From Candidatus Margulisiibacteriota bacterium (lineage in GTDB: Bacteria; Margulisbacteria; WOR-1; XYC2-FULL-46-14; WPAF01), in the NCBI GenBank assembly GCA_041648295.1, contig JBAZPF010000001.1, positions 1-54,592 on the forward strand: DNA of 54,592 bases. The letters are read 5' to 3'. Numbering within the stretch: the first letter of the stretch is position 1; every line of letters begins with the position of its first letter. The notes below the pieces were generated by a model that was not told where the DNA came from, ran no database searches, and worked only from the letters and a program-made list of their open reading frames with translations. Positions 18,698 to 28,040 of the stretch are shown here, piece after piece. Made by a program: the position numbers and the translations under genes.

Positions 18698-18714
18698 TGT
18701 AAAAATTATAGAAT
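18686..18714 (+). promoter_or_regulatory. Promoter of the BNR/CTD protein gene (leaderless geometry, GTG start)
   Basis: TTGCTA (18686-18691), 17 nt, TAGAAT (18709-18714), then 6 nt to GTG 18721. Its -35 abuts the -35 of the divergent trmH promoter. Confidence 0.45.
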
Positions 18715-18720
18715 GAAACC

Positions 18721-21102
18721 GTGAAAAAATTCGTCATTTTGCTCTTTTTTCTGACATTTTTTACGGGTATGGCCGGCGCTTTGGTTTATAAAGACCGGGC
18801 CGGCAGCTTCTACTGCATCAAAGACGGTTCGATCTGCCGGTCGCAGGACGAAGGGAGAACCTGGATCTCGTCAAAGATCGAGACTTCCGAAGCCTGGCTT
18901 GATGAAAATCCTGACGGAGATGTCTGTCTTTTTTACAAAAAAGACAATCGATTATTCATGTCAAGATCAAAAAATCACGGAATTTCCTTTGATAACAAGC
19001 AGGCAATTTATAATTTTAGCTCTTCCCCCGAAAGTTTATCCGTAGGTTTTTATAACGGTTATTTACAATTGACATATCAATCCGACGACAATTTATATTA
19101 CACCTATTCATCGGACAGCGGACAATCCTTTGCTCCGGCGCTGCTTCTTAACAATAATCTGCCGGTAGCCCGATTTTCGGGAGGGGTAAAAGAGGGATCG
19201 ATAGTCTTTCTGTCAAAAAATAAGCTTTATTACCTCTCCAATTCCCGCGGTTGGACGCTTCCTCAAGAAATTTATCAGGCCCAGGGCATTATATTGTCAA
19301 TCATTGACAAAAAAGACGCGATTTTCTGGATTGAAAAACCAAACGAAGGAGAATACGACCTGTATAACTGGGACGGCAAGTCCGCGAACCTGATCTATAA
19401 GGACAATTATCCGATTCTCGAGTTAAATCTCGTTACTCCTGAAGTGCTCACTTTTTCCCTGTTCAAGGAAAATCATTATCTTCCATCCTATCTGATAAAA
19501 AATATCATTTTTGGATCCCCAAAACCGATAAAGGGAACAGTTTTTTCAAATGAACAATATGAAGGATCGCTGATGACCGATAACGGGATTGCCGGTATTT
19601 GGACAATTGGGAACGAGCTCAAATCCTTGGGATTGCTTAATCTTGCTCCTAATATCCCCATAATAACTATAAAAAATGCCAAGACTAACGGCAAATTGAG
19701 ATTGGCCGTTAATTCAGACGATCCGGACCATGATCCTCTGGTTTTTAAGATCGAGATCAGCCCGGATAAGAATTTTGACAGGAATAAGCGCTGGACTTTT
19801 TATGTTTCAAGCCGCGAGGTTGAGATCCCGCTTTCATTCCCGGACGATCAATATTATCTGCGGGCTTATGCCGGCGATTTTATTTCATATAGCCCGCCGT
19901 CGGAGACTGCGGTTTTTCATCTTGATCGCGCGGCGCCAAAATTAACCATTATTCAACCTGAAAAAGGAGCGATCGTTAATTTGCCTCTGCTCGAGATTAA
20001 AGGATTGGTTTCTGAAGAATGCGTCTTGTCGATAAATTCCAGGCCGGCCGCGATCGACCATTCCGCTTTTGCGGCAAGCCTCGATCTTAAACCGGGCGAG
20101 AACCAAATACTGATAACTGCCACTGACGAAGCCGGGAATGCGACCGCCGAATCTTTTACCGTGACATTAAACGAAGCGGCGCCGGTAATTATTATCACAA
20201 ATCCAAAAGGATCAAACTGGTATAAAAGCGGCGCTTCGATCGTTATTGAAGCCCAGGTCCGTGACCGCGGAAATGACATTCAAGATGAAACCGATGCCCC
20301 GATAATGATCGACGGAAAAAGTATACACCAAACCGCGACCTTCAGTCTGGATGACAATAAGATCACCGGCGTGGTAACGCTCCCTCCCGATCTTTCCGAG
20401 GGTGAGCATAAATTAAGCGTTTCAATTTCCGACACGCAGAACAATTTGGGGTTCTGCTCGACCACGATCAAGGTCGATTCTTCCGCCCCGGAAGCGGCAA
20501 TAAAAAACATTATTATCGCAAAAGACGGGATTTCGATCCCGCTCAAGGAAGACGGCAGTGGTATTGATGTTTCAGGGACAACTCTGTCGGTAAAGATCGC
20601 CAGCCTTGAAGTTACCGGGAAAATAAAAAAAGAGGGCAATAATCTGGTTTTTGTTCCCGACCGGCCATTGGTTCAAGGAAGTTATGAGATAAAAATAAAA
20701 CCGCGGGATGTGATCGGTAATGTGGGAAAGGAATCGGCCTGTACAATGAGTTTTAATCCCAATTTATCTTCTCTAAACGCCCAGGCAAGTAGTTCTTCCC
20801 TTGCGATAGCTGAATGCAAAAATGGCCCGAATCCTTTTTCTCCTTTGAGCGGACAAACGACCGCGATAACTTATAAACTTTCAAGATACCCCGCAAGCTT
20901 GAAGTTTTATCTTTTCACTATTGACGGCGAACAGATCCTATCAAAAATCATTCAGGCAGCCTCCGATGGAAAGATAATTTGGGATGGGAAGAACCAGGCG
21001 GGAAATTCAGTCTCATCCGGGGTTTACATTTATGCCCTGGTCGCACAGGATAACACGGAAAAATCAGATATTAAAAGAGGAAAAATAATCCTTCTTCAAT
21101 AA
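18721..21102 (+). CDS. Secreted multidomain protein: BNR/Asp-box beta-propeller, Ig-like repeats and a T9SS/FlgD-Ig-type C-terminal domain
   Basis: GTG start and signal peptide MKKFVILLFFLTFF. Asp-boxes SQDEGRTW and SSDSGQSF. C-terminal ~80 aa (GPNPFSP...GVYIYALVA...KRGKIILLQ) resemble a type-A sorting / FlgD Ig domain. Confidence 0.6.
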   Translation: MKKFVILLFFLTFFTGMAGALVYKDRAGSFYCIKDGSICRSQDEGRTWISSKIETSEAWLDENPDGDVCLFYKKDNRLFMSRSKNHGISFDNKQAIYNFSSSPESLSVGFYNGYLQLTYQSDDNLYYTYSSDSGQSFAPALLLNNNLPVARFSGGVKEGSIVFLSKNKLYYLSNSRGWTLPQEIYQAQGIILSIIDKKDAIFWIEKPNEGEYDLYNWDGKSANLIYKDNYPILELNLVTPEVLTFSLFKENHYLPSYLIKNIIFGSPKPIKGTVFSNEQYEGSLMTDNGIAGIWTIGNELKSLGLLNLAPNIPIITIKNAKTNGKLRLAVNSDDPDHDPLVFKIEISPDKNFDRNKRWTFYVSSREVEIPLSFPDDQYYLRAYAGDFISYSPPSETAVFHLDRAAPKLTIIQPEKGAIVNLPLLEIKGLVSEECVLSINSRPAAIDHSAFAASLDLKPGENQILITATDEAGNATAESFTVTLNEAAPVIIITNPKGSNWYKSGASIVIEAQVRDRGNDIQDETDAPIMIDGKSIHQTATFSLDDNKITGVVTLPPDLSEGEHKLSVSISDTQNNLGFCSTTIKVDSSAPEAAIKNIIIAKDGISIPLKEDGSGIDVSGTTLSVKIASLEVTGKIKKEGNNLVFVPDRPLVQGSYEIKIKPRDVIGNVGKESACTMSFNPNLSSLNAQASSSSLAIAECKNGPNPFSPLSGQTTAITYKLSRYPASLKFYLFTIDGEQILSKIIQAASDGKIIWDGKNQAGNSVSSGVYIYALVAQDNTEKSDIKRGKIILLQ

Positions 21103-22487
21103 GCTCCGAACCCGGTGATGACGACCGGGATCGTTCGAAAAAGGATCTTCGTATCAAGCCATAGCGACCAGTTCTCTATATAATAGATATCAAGCCTCAC
21201 CATGTCTTCAAACGGCAGAAGGGAGCGGCCCGACACCTGCCATAATCCGCTTATGCCGGGAGCAACCCGCAGCCTTTTTTTGTGCCAGGGAGAATATTTT
21301 TCTACCTCTCTCGGCAGAGGAGGCCGCGGCCCGATAAGGCTCATGTCTCCTTTGAATACGTTCAGCAATTGCGGCCACTCATCGATCGAAAGCCTCCTTA
21401 ACCACTTGCCCACCCTCGTCATTCTTGGATCTTCCTTAATCTTGAAAATATGACCTTCGGTTTCTGACAACTCTTGAAGGGCGGGGATCATTTCTTCGGC
21501 ATTCCTGATCATGGAACGGAATTTAAACATCCCGAACAACCGGCCGTCTTTTCCGACGCGTTCCTGCTTGAAAAATACCGGCCCCCTGGAATCGATCTTT
21601 ATCAAGATCGTGATCAGTAAAAAAACGGGGGACAGGATAACAAGAAGCGCCGCGGAAGAGATAATATCCACCATCCGCTTCATAAACGCATTAAAACCGG
21701 TTAATCCAATCTCGGTAACGGTAATCAGCGGGATGCCTCCCATTTCCTCAATATTAACTCTGGAGGCAATCAGTTCCAGTATTCCGGGAACGATTTTAAA
21801 ACTGACGTTCAACACTTCACATTCCGTGATAATGTCCAATATTTTTCGGTAAGGAAGGCTCGTGGTCGCAAAAACGATCTCGTTTATGTTTTCGGTTTTA
21901 ATGATCTGTTTGGCATTTGATATTTCTCCAAGCACCGGCACTTCATGATATTTTTTATTGCGCTTTGCGGCATCGTCGTCAAGAAAACCGATCGGAGAGC
22001 CGCCCAGCGCTTTGTCGGTCTTCAATTTGAGCGCAAGCGTTTGCCCCATCTCCCCCGCCCCAATTATCAGTATTCTTTTGATCCCCATGCCGAGGCTTAA
22101 AGTCCATCTTTTGAAAAACCGGACAATGCCGCGCTGCGCCATAAGCAATAAAAATGATATTGCGGCGGCATTGATGATCACCAACCTTGAAAACCAAAGC
22201 CCGCGGTAAAGGAAAAGGAACCCAAGTAAAGTGAAAGCGGACACCAGCACGGCGAGGAGCAAAGTGGCAATATCATCAATAAAATCCCCGGACCTTTTTT
22301 CATCATAAAGGCCGATAAGCCTGAAAATGGCAAGCCACAACACAACTATCAATAACAGCGTCTCGGAGTAATTTCTGAATCCGACCCTTTCAACCGGAAA
22401 AAAGCCCGCTTCCGCAGAAAAGCGAAGATAATAAGCCAGTATAAAAGAAAAATAAACTAAAAGCGCATCTACGATTATTTTAACCAT
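21096..22487 (-). CDS. Polyprenyl-phosphate sugar-phosphate transferase (WbaP/EpsL-like initiating transferase)
   Basis: N-terminal TM bundle, a Rossmann-like segment (ILIIGAGEMG), and a C-terminal bacterial sugar transferase domain (RVGKDGRLF.MFKFRSM, DE.PQL.NV..G.MSLIGPRP). Confidence 0.88.
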   Translation of the reverse strand: MVKIIVDALLVYFSFILAYYLRFSAEAGFFPVERVGFRNYSETLLLIVVLWLAIFRLIGLYDEKRSGDFIDDIATLLLAVLVSAFTLLGFLFLYRGLWFSRLVIINAAAISFLLLMAQRGIVRFFKRWTLSLGMGIKRILIIGAGEMGQTLALKLKTDKALGGSPIGFLDDDAAKRNKKYHEVPVLGEISNAKQIIKTENINEIVFATTSLPYRKILDIITECEVLNVSFKIVPGILELIASRVNIEEMGGIPLITVTEIGLTGFNAFMKRMVDIISSAALLVILSPVFLLITILIKIDSRGPVFFKQERVGKDGRLFGMFKFRSMIRNAEEMIPALQELSETEGHIFKIKEDPRMTRVGKWLRRLSIDEWPQLLNVFKGDMSLIGPRPPLPREVEKYSPWHKKRLRVAPGISGLWQVSGRSLLPFEDMVRLDIYYIENWSLWLDTKILFRTIPVVITGFGAY

Positions 22488-24886
22488 TTAATCATCTTCT
22501 GGGCAAAAGCATTATTCGGATCAAAAGCAATAACTTGCTGGAATTCTTCCTTCGCCCTCGACTTATCGCCGCGTTTATAATAGATGGTACCCAGAGCGTT
22601 ATGCACATCGACATTTTTGGGATCGGAGGTCATCATCTCCTGAAAAAGTTTAAATGCCTCATCCAGGCGGTTTTCGTCTATCATTTTTTGGCCGATCTTG
22701 ATCTTTGGCTCCGCCAGATTCGGATTTATTTCAAAGGCCCGGTCATAATGAGCTTTTGTTTCTGCGGCGTTGCCCATTCTTTCATAAACATTGGCAAGGG
22801 TCAGATGAGCTTCCGCGTAATAAGGATCAATCTTTAAGGTTTTCTCGGCATAATCGATCGCCTTCGGAAGGTCGCCCTTGGCAAAATATATCCGTGAAGC
22901 AATATAAAAATTATCAGCGTTGTATGGATCAACCTTCATTCCGTAATCAAGAGTATCGATCGCTTTCTTCTCTATCTCCATCCTTTCCGGGCCGGGCAAC
23001 CTTTGTGAATAATTGAGAAGGACGATGCCGTAATTAGTGATCGTCCCGCCTTCGTACGGAAAGATCTTAAGTGATTTTTCAAATTCAGGGACGGCATGAG
23101 GCAAATTCCCCGTACCCGCCAGGGATTGGGCGGTTTTAAAATGGAGATCGGCAAGAAACTGCTGAAAAGAAAAGAAGATCAGGAATATAGAAGCCGCGAC
23201 CACCAACGCGGCCGGGATCCACGGGATGTCCGCATTTGATATCTCTTTATTATCTTCCGGGGGGCTTTCAGAATCAATGTTCATGACCATCGCCCAGAAG
23301 ACCCAGAAAAGCGAGGTTATGGCTATTACCCCGAAACTAAACTGATTCTGGATTAAATAAGCGATCATGGCCGAGATCAGCGCCGTGATCATTATCTTTT
23401 TATTTGGATCGGAAAACGTTTTCCATTTTTTAAAGCCATATCCAAAAATCACGGACAAAACAAATAAATAAAGAAAAAGGCCGATCAATCCCTTTGTGAC
23501 CGGGACATCAAAGGTCTCATTATGGCAGCGGTCCTGCTTTACATGGAACGCCTCCCTAAAGCGAAAAAGGTTTGTTTCATACCTGGGAAAAATCATTTTT
23601 AACACTTCCGGCCCCACGCCAAAGACCGGATTGTCTGAAATTATCCCCGCGGCGCTTTTCCAGGTCTCTCCGCGGCTGCCGGCGGCGCCCGAAAGCTCTA
23701 CATTTGCTCTTTTCTTTGGCTGCTCAATGGTTGCCTGTTCAGCCGATTTTTGGATAGGCGAAGAATTGCCTTCAACTTTTATTTCTCTGGTAAAACGCGC
23801 GAATATTGAACGGCCCTGAACGACCGTTCCTAAAGTCCCAACCAATATCAACAAAATGATAACTAATAATTTTCTCCAATTCTTAATAATGCTTTCTTTT
23901 GGCGTAAGAAGAATAAAAGCCATGGCCGCGACAACGAAGCCTAAAAAGCCGCCGCGGCTTTGTGTATAAAAAAGGCAAAGATAATTTATCCCCAAGGTAA
24001 TAATTACCAAAATATCAAAAATTATTTTTGGCGGCTTTTCATAGTTTAAGGCAAAGAGCACAGCCGTCGCAGTCATGACCATAAAATTCAAATACCAGAC
24101 CGAGACATTTAATCCGTTTTGAGAATAAATGGTGTAAATAAATATCAACGGCGTCAGTATAAAATACAAAATCGGCAGGTAATCAACATAATGAAACGGT
24201 CTTGCCGTCAGTTTCTCATTTAGCGGCTGATTTTTTTTGCCCGATATTTTTTTCGGCAAGTCTTTTAGATTGGAAACGACCGTTTCAACAACATTCACTT
24301 TCTTTTGTTCAACCAGAAAGAATAAAATTGCAAAAAACGCCATAATCAGATAGGCCGCCAGAAAATTCGGCTGGCCGATAGTCGCGATCACCCTGTCATT
24401 CGTATTTACTCCTCCCCAGGAATAAGGATCGATTTCATGTCTCTGGATTATTCCGTAGACGGCCATGGTTGCGGAAGCAGGGATCAGAACCGCGATCAAC
24501 CTTTTTAGGTTTTCCATCCCCCGGAAATAATTTATCGCAATGAAGAAAAGAAAGCCAAAGCAGATACAGGTAGTCAGCCCTTCATATCGGCCGTAAAATC
24601 CCCAAAAACTGATTAAGAAATGGACCGAGGTTATGGTCGCGGCAAATATTGCCAGGATATAAGCCAGGATCGGCCAGTCAGCCGGGGTCCTTCTGAAATA
24701 ATGCTTGCCTCCCAGCAGCAATTTTATCGCCCAGAGCATTAGAAGTATAATTATTGCCGTTCTTAAAAATGCCGATTTTGTTCCGGAAAAAACGATCCCG
24801 ATCCGGCGGTCAAAGATCAACGGCAAAATAAATACCAGGGCCAGGAACAATACTTCTATCGCCCTGTCAAAATATTTTATTTTCAT
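22475..24886 (-). CDS. O-antigen ligase/polymerase-like (Wzy_C) membrane protein fused to C-terminal TPR repeats
   Basis: About 10 TM helices with a ..TQSRGGFLGF.. loop typical of the O-antigen ligase family. The last ~230 aa are TPR-like (A..Y..A...DP.NA repeats). Confidence 0.75.
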   Translation of the reverse strand: MKIKYFDRAIEVLFLALVFILPLIFDRRIGIVFSGTKSAFLRTAIIILLMLWAIKLLLGGKHYFRRTPADWPILAYILAIFAATITSVHFLISFWGFYGRYEGLTTCICFGFLFFIAINYFRGMENLKRLIAVLIPASATMAVYGIIQRHEIDPYSWGGVNTNDRVIATIGQPNFLAAYLIMAFFAILFFLVEQKKVNVVETVVSNLKDLPKKISGKKNQPLNEKLTARPFHYVDYLPILYFILTPLIFIYTIYSQNGLNVSVWYLNFMVMTATAVLFALNYEKPPKIIFDILVIITLGINYLCLFYTQSRGGFLGFVVAAMAFILLTPKESIIKNWRKLLVIILLILVGTLGTVVQGRSIFARFTREIKVEGNSSPIQKSAEQATIEQPKKRANVELSGAAGSRGETWKSAAGIISDNPVFGVGPEVLKMIFPRYETNLFRFREAFHVKQDRCHNETFDVPVTKGLIGLFLYLFVLSVIFGYGFKKWKTFSDPNKKIMITALISAMIAYLIQNQFSFGVIAITSLFWVFWAMVMNIDSESPPEDNKEISNADIPWIPAALVVAASIFLIFFSFQQFLADLHFKTAQSLAGTGNLPHAVPEFEKSLKIFPYEGGTITNYGIVLLNYSQRLPGPERMEIEKKAIDTLDYGMKVDPYNADNFYIASRIYFAKGDLPKAIDYAEKTLKIDPYYAEAHLTLANVYERMGNAAETKAHYDRAFEINPNLAEPKIKIGQKMIDENRLDEAFKLFQEMMTSDPKNVDVHNALGTIYYKRGDKSRAKEEFQQVIAFDPNNAFAQKMIKWLK

Positions 24887-25952
24887 TTAAAAATCCCCTT
24901 ATCCTTTCTTTAAATCTGTCTTTGCTGAATTTTTCCGCCTGGGCCAGCAGATCCTTCTTGTCAAATCCGGAAGATTTAAACTTCATAACCGCCATTGACA
25001 AAGATTCTTCCGTTTGGCGGTCAAACAAAATGCCGGTCCGGCCGTCAATTATGGTCTCTAAAGCCCCTCCCCGGCCGTAAGCTATGGTCGGGCTTCCCGA
25101 CGCGGCCGCCTCCAGAGGAGTTATGCCAAAGTCTTCCTCTCCGGAAAAGATCAAAGCCCGGCATTCCGAATAAAGGCGTTTTATTTCCTCATCGTTCAAC
25201 CGGCCCAGAAACTTTATATTATCGCCGGCCAAAGAACGCAGCCTTTCAAGGTCCGGCCCTTCCCCTGCAATTTTTAACGTTAGCCCGAGTTTATTAAAGA
25301 CCTTTATCGCCAAATCAATACGCTTGTAAGATACCAGCCGGGATACGATTAAAAAATAATCTTTTTCGGTATGCGATGGCTTAAAAAGCGATGTATCGAC
25401 TGGCGGGTATATTATAACAGAATCGCGGCCGTAAATCGATTTAATGCGATCTGACACAAAACGGGAAATGGCGATGAAATAATCGACATTTTTTACCGTG
25501 CCCAGATCCCATTTTTTAAGGATGGGAACGAACAAAGAAAGCCCCCTTGCCAATAAAGGGTTAAGCTCCTGTCTTTCAATATAATCATTAAAGCGCCAGG
25601 CAAAACGCATAGGAGTATAGCAATAACAGATATGGACCTGTCCTTTTCTTTTTCTTATCCCTTTGGCATAGGCCGAAGAAGAAGAAATGATAACGTCGTA
25701 TTTAGAAAGATCAAAACTCGAGAAAGCGAACGGATAAAATAAAAAGTACATTCGGAATTCTTTTTCCATAAAAGGCAGGTTCTGCATAAATGACGCCCTG
25801 ATGTCCGCCGTTTGCAATTCCCTTGAAAGTTTATTTTTTAGAAAAACAGAAGTATAGATCGGGGCTTGAGGGAATAATTCATGGAGCGCCGCCACCACCC
25901 GTTCCGCCCCGCCCATCTGTATCAGATAGTCATGGACGATGGCAACCTTCAC
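24867..25952 (-). CDS. Glycosyltransferase family 4
   Basis: MKVAIVHDYL..GGAERV start and the C-terminal GT1/GT4 motif EDFGITPLEAAASGSPTIA. Confidence 0.85.
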   Translation of the reverse strand: MKVAIVHDYLIQMGGAERVVAALHELFPQAPIYTSVFLKNKLSRELQTADIRASFMQNLPFMEKEFRMYFLFYPFAFSSFDLSKYDVIISSSSAYAKGIRKRKGQVHICYCYTPMRFAWRFNDYIERQELNPLLARGLSLFVPILKKWDLGTVKNVDYFIAISRFVSDRIKSIYGRDSVIIYPPVDTSLFKPSHTEKDYFLIVSRLVSYKRIDLAIKVFNKLGLTLKIAGEGPDLERLRSLAGDNIKFLGRLNDEEIKRLYSECRALIFSGEEDFGITPLEAAASGSPTIAYGRGGALETIIDGRTGILFDRQTEESLSMAVMKFKSSGFDKKDLLAQAEKFSKDRFKERIRGFLNENKIF

Positions 25953-26812
25953 GAAACCTGCTCTCTTTCTTTAAGATACGCCTTAAGGGCTTCAGGCCAC
26001 GGCCTCATCGGCTCGACCCCTATTTTTTTCAAATTTGAATTTTCAAGCACAGAATAATTCGGACGATGAGCTTTTGATTTAAACTCGGAGCTTGAAGCTT
26101 TTATGACTTTTATGTCGATCTTCAGCAATGAAAATATTTTATCGGCAAATTCCCACCATGAGCAGGCGCCGCCGTTCGTGATATGGTAAAGGCCAAATTT
26201 GCCGGTTTGCATCAGTTCCATTATTTTACGCGCCAGGTCCATCGTGTAGGTCGGTCCGACGATTTCGTCCGCCACTACTTTTATTTGTTGTCCGCCCTTT
26301 GCCCTTTTTATCATGTTCTCGACAAAATTACCCCCGCCCTTGCCAAGACAGCCAGCCAGCCCGTACAGCCCGCTGGTTCTGACAAGATAATGCTTTTCAT
26401 TAATGTACTTCACGTACTGCTCCCCGGCCAGCTTTGAAATGCCGTAAGCGGTTTTGGGATTTGCAGGATCGGATTCTTTATATGGCGATTTATGGTCGCC
26501 GTCAAAAACATAGTCGGTAGAAATGTGGACCAGAGCCGAACCGATTTCTCTTGATATAACGGCGAGGTTTTTTGCGCCGTGCGCATTGATGCTATAGGCT
26601 TCGGCATCATTGTCCTCACTGTCATCAACGCGGTTATAAGCCGCCGTATTGATTATCATTTGCGGTTTGATCTTTAAAAGTAGTTCACGGCTTTGCTGCG
26701 GATCGATTATATCCAGATCTTTGATAGTAAGAGGCACCAGGTCCGATTTATCTATAACTTTGCAAAGGTCCGTGCCAAGCTGGCCATCCGCCCCGATTAC
26801 CGCAATCTTCAT
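25949..26812 (-). CDS. rfbD: dTDP-4-dehydrorhamnose reductase
   Basis: MKIAVIGADGQLG Rossmann start, ...STDYVFDG..., YG.SKLAGE catalytic YxxxK. Confidence 0.88.
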   Translation of the reverse strand: MKIAVIGADGQLGTDLCKVIDKSDLVPLTIKDLDIIDPQQSRELLLKIKPQMIINTAAYNRVDDSEDNDAEAYSINAHGAKNLAVISREIGSALVHISTDYVFDGDHKSPYKESDPANPKTAYGISKLAGEQYVKYINEKHYLVRTSGLYGLAGCLGKGGGNFVENMIKRAKGGQQIKVVADEIVGPTYTMDLARKIMELMQTGKFGLYHITNGGACSWWEFADKIFSLLKIDIKVIKASSSEFKSKAHRPNYSVLENSNLKKIGVEPMRPWPEALKAYLKEREQVS

Positions 26813-27270
26813 CTATTTTTAGCTGTCCAGACGTCTTCCAGTTCTTCAGGAGGTCTGCGATATTCATCCGGCTTTTCCCTGTTATAAAGCTCGGAAGGAA
26901 TGTTAATTACTCCGGCAAAATCAGAAATGGCCGTAAATCCGTGCCAGATGAACGGTGGAATTATTAAGAGCGCATCTTCGCCCTTCTCTCCCAGGATTAC
27001 GATCTGATATTTCCCTTTTGTTTTTGAATCCGGACGATCGTCATACAGGCCAACCTTCATTGTCCCAAAGGGAGAATAAAAATAATCGGTCTGGATCTTA
27101 TGAAAGTGCCAGGCTTTGACCACATTTTTATGGCAGGTAGCAATATAAACCTGTCCGAATTTTTTAAAGAACTTGTCATCAGACCTCATGATCTCCGTCA
27201 CATACCCCCGGTCATCCGCATTCCTTTTTAGTAATATTTTTTGCACGCCTTCGATATTCGCAAATTCCAT
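26809..27270 (-). CDS. Short RmlC-like cupin (dTDP-4-dehydrorhamnose 3,5-epimerase-related)
   Basis: DDRGYVTE, KAWHFH and IPPFIWHGF match the RmlC cupin pattern. AAGGAGG SD. ATGA overlap with rfbD. Confidence 0.7.
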   Translation of the reverse strand: MEFANIEGVQKILLKRNADDRGYVTEIMRSDDKFFKKFGQVYIATCHKNVVKAWHFHKIQTDYFYSPFGTMKVGLYDDRPDSKTKGKYQIVILGEKGEDALLIIPPFIWHGFTAISDFAGVINIPSELYNREKPDEYRRPPEELEDVWTAKNR

Positions 27271-27320
27271 TATAATTTCCTCCTTAATTCATTATTGGAC
27301 ACTCAAATCCTTGCATCGAG

Positions 27321-27352
27321 TTGGAACCTGCGACTAAAAGTCGCGGTTCCAA
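27321..27352. repeat. REP-like hairpin, second copy of the 28-nt core
   Basis: TTGGAACCTGCGACTAAAAGTCGCGGTTCCAA. It differs from 505-532 only in one loop base. Confidence 0.65.
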
Positions 27353-27370
27353 CAAGTATCCATCAACCTG

Positions 27371-27402
27371 ATGGAACCGAGAGTTTTACTCTCAGGTTCC
27401 AT
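27371..27402. repeat. Related hairpin with the same outer arms and a different inner stem
   Basis: ATGGAACC-GAGAG/TTTTA/CTCTC-A-GGTTCCAT, 18 nt from the previous hairpin. Confidence 0.55.
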
Positions 27403-27440
27403 CCTATATCGGTTCTTGGGTTGTTATTAGTCATTCTATA

Positions 27441-28040
27441 TCAAAATAGCCATCCCTTCAATAAGTATTGAAATAAAGCCATATATTCATGAATTACCGG
27501 CTGGGTAGCTTCATGCCTTAACCACCATCCCTCTTTTTTCCATTCGGACTTCTGGCAAGGGAACGCGATTACTTTTATCCCTTCTTTAGGATATAACTTC
27601 CTTGCCAGGCTAACCGCTCTTCTCATATGATAAGGGGAAGACACAAGGATAACCGACTTCGCATTTATTTTTTTTAGTATCCTGAAAGAGAATTTTATAT
27701 CCTCATAAGTTGATTTGGACCGGTCCTGAATTAATATATCCTTATCCGGAATGCCCAGCAATCTGGCCTCTTCGCGCATGTTTTGAGCATAAGTAAGGTT
27801 CCAAACTGCCGGACCGCCGCTCATCAATATCTTTGGCGCGTAGCCCAGCTTAAATAAATTCGCCGCTCCTTCCACCCTTTCACCGTTTGAATCGCCGGCT
27901 AGCACCAAAATCACATCCGCTTTTTCTAATTTATCCTGAATGATTAAAAAATTCGCCAATCCGTTTAAAACCAGCGGATAGATCATAATTACAAAACATA
28001 TTATAATTATAAATACCAATAATGTTTTTATACCCTTCAT
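27441..28040 (-). CDS. DUF218 (YdcF/ElyC-like) membrane-anchored protein
   Basis: N-terminal TM helix, then VILVLAGD...R...A..L...G.A..I..SGG and SPYHM.RA motifs. Confidence 0.8.
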   Translation of the reverse strand: MKGIKTLLVFIIIICFVIMIYPLVLNGLANFLIIQDKLEKADVILVLAGDSNGERVEGAANLFKLGYAPKILMSGGPAVWNLTYAQNMREEARLLGIPDKDILIQDRSKSTYEDIKFSFRILKKINAKSVILVSSPYHMRRAVSLARKLYPKEGIKVIAFPCQKSEWKKEGWWLRHEATQPVIHEYMALFQYLLKGWLF

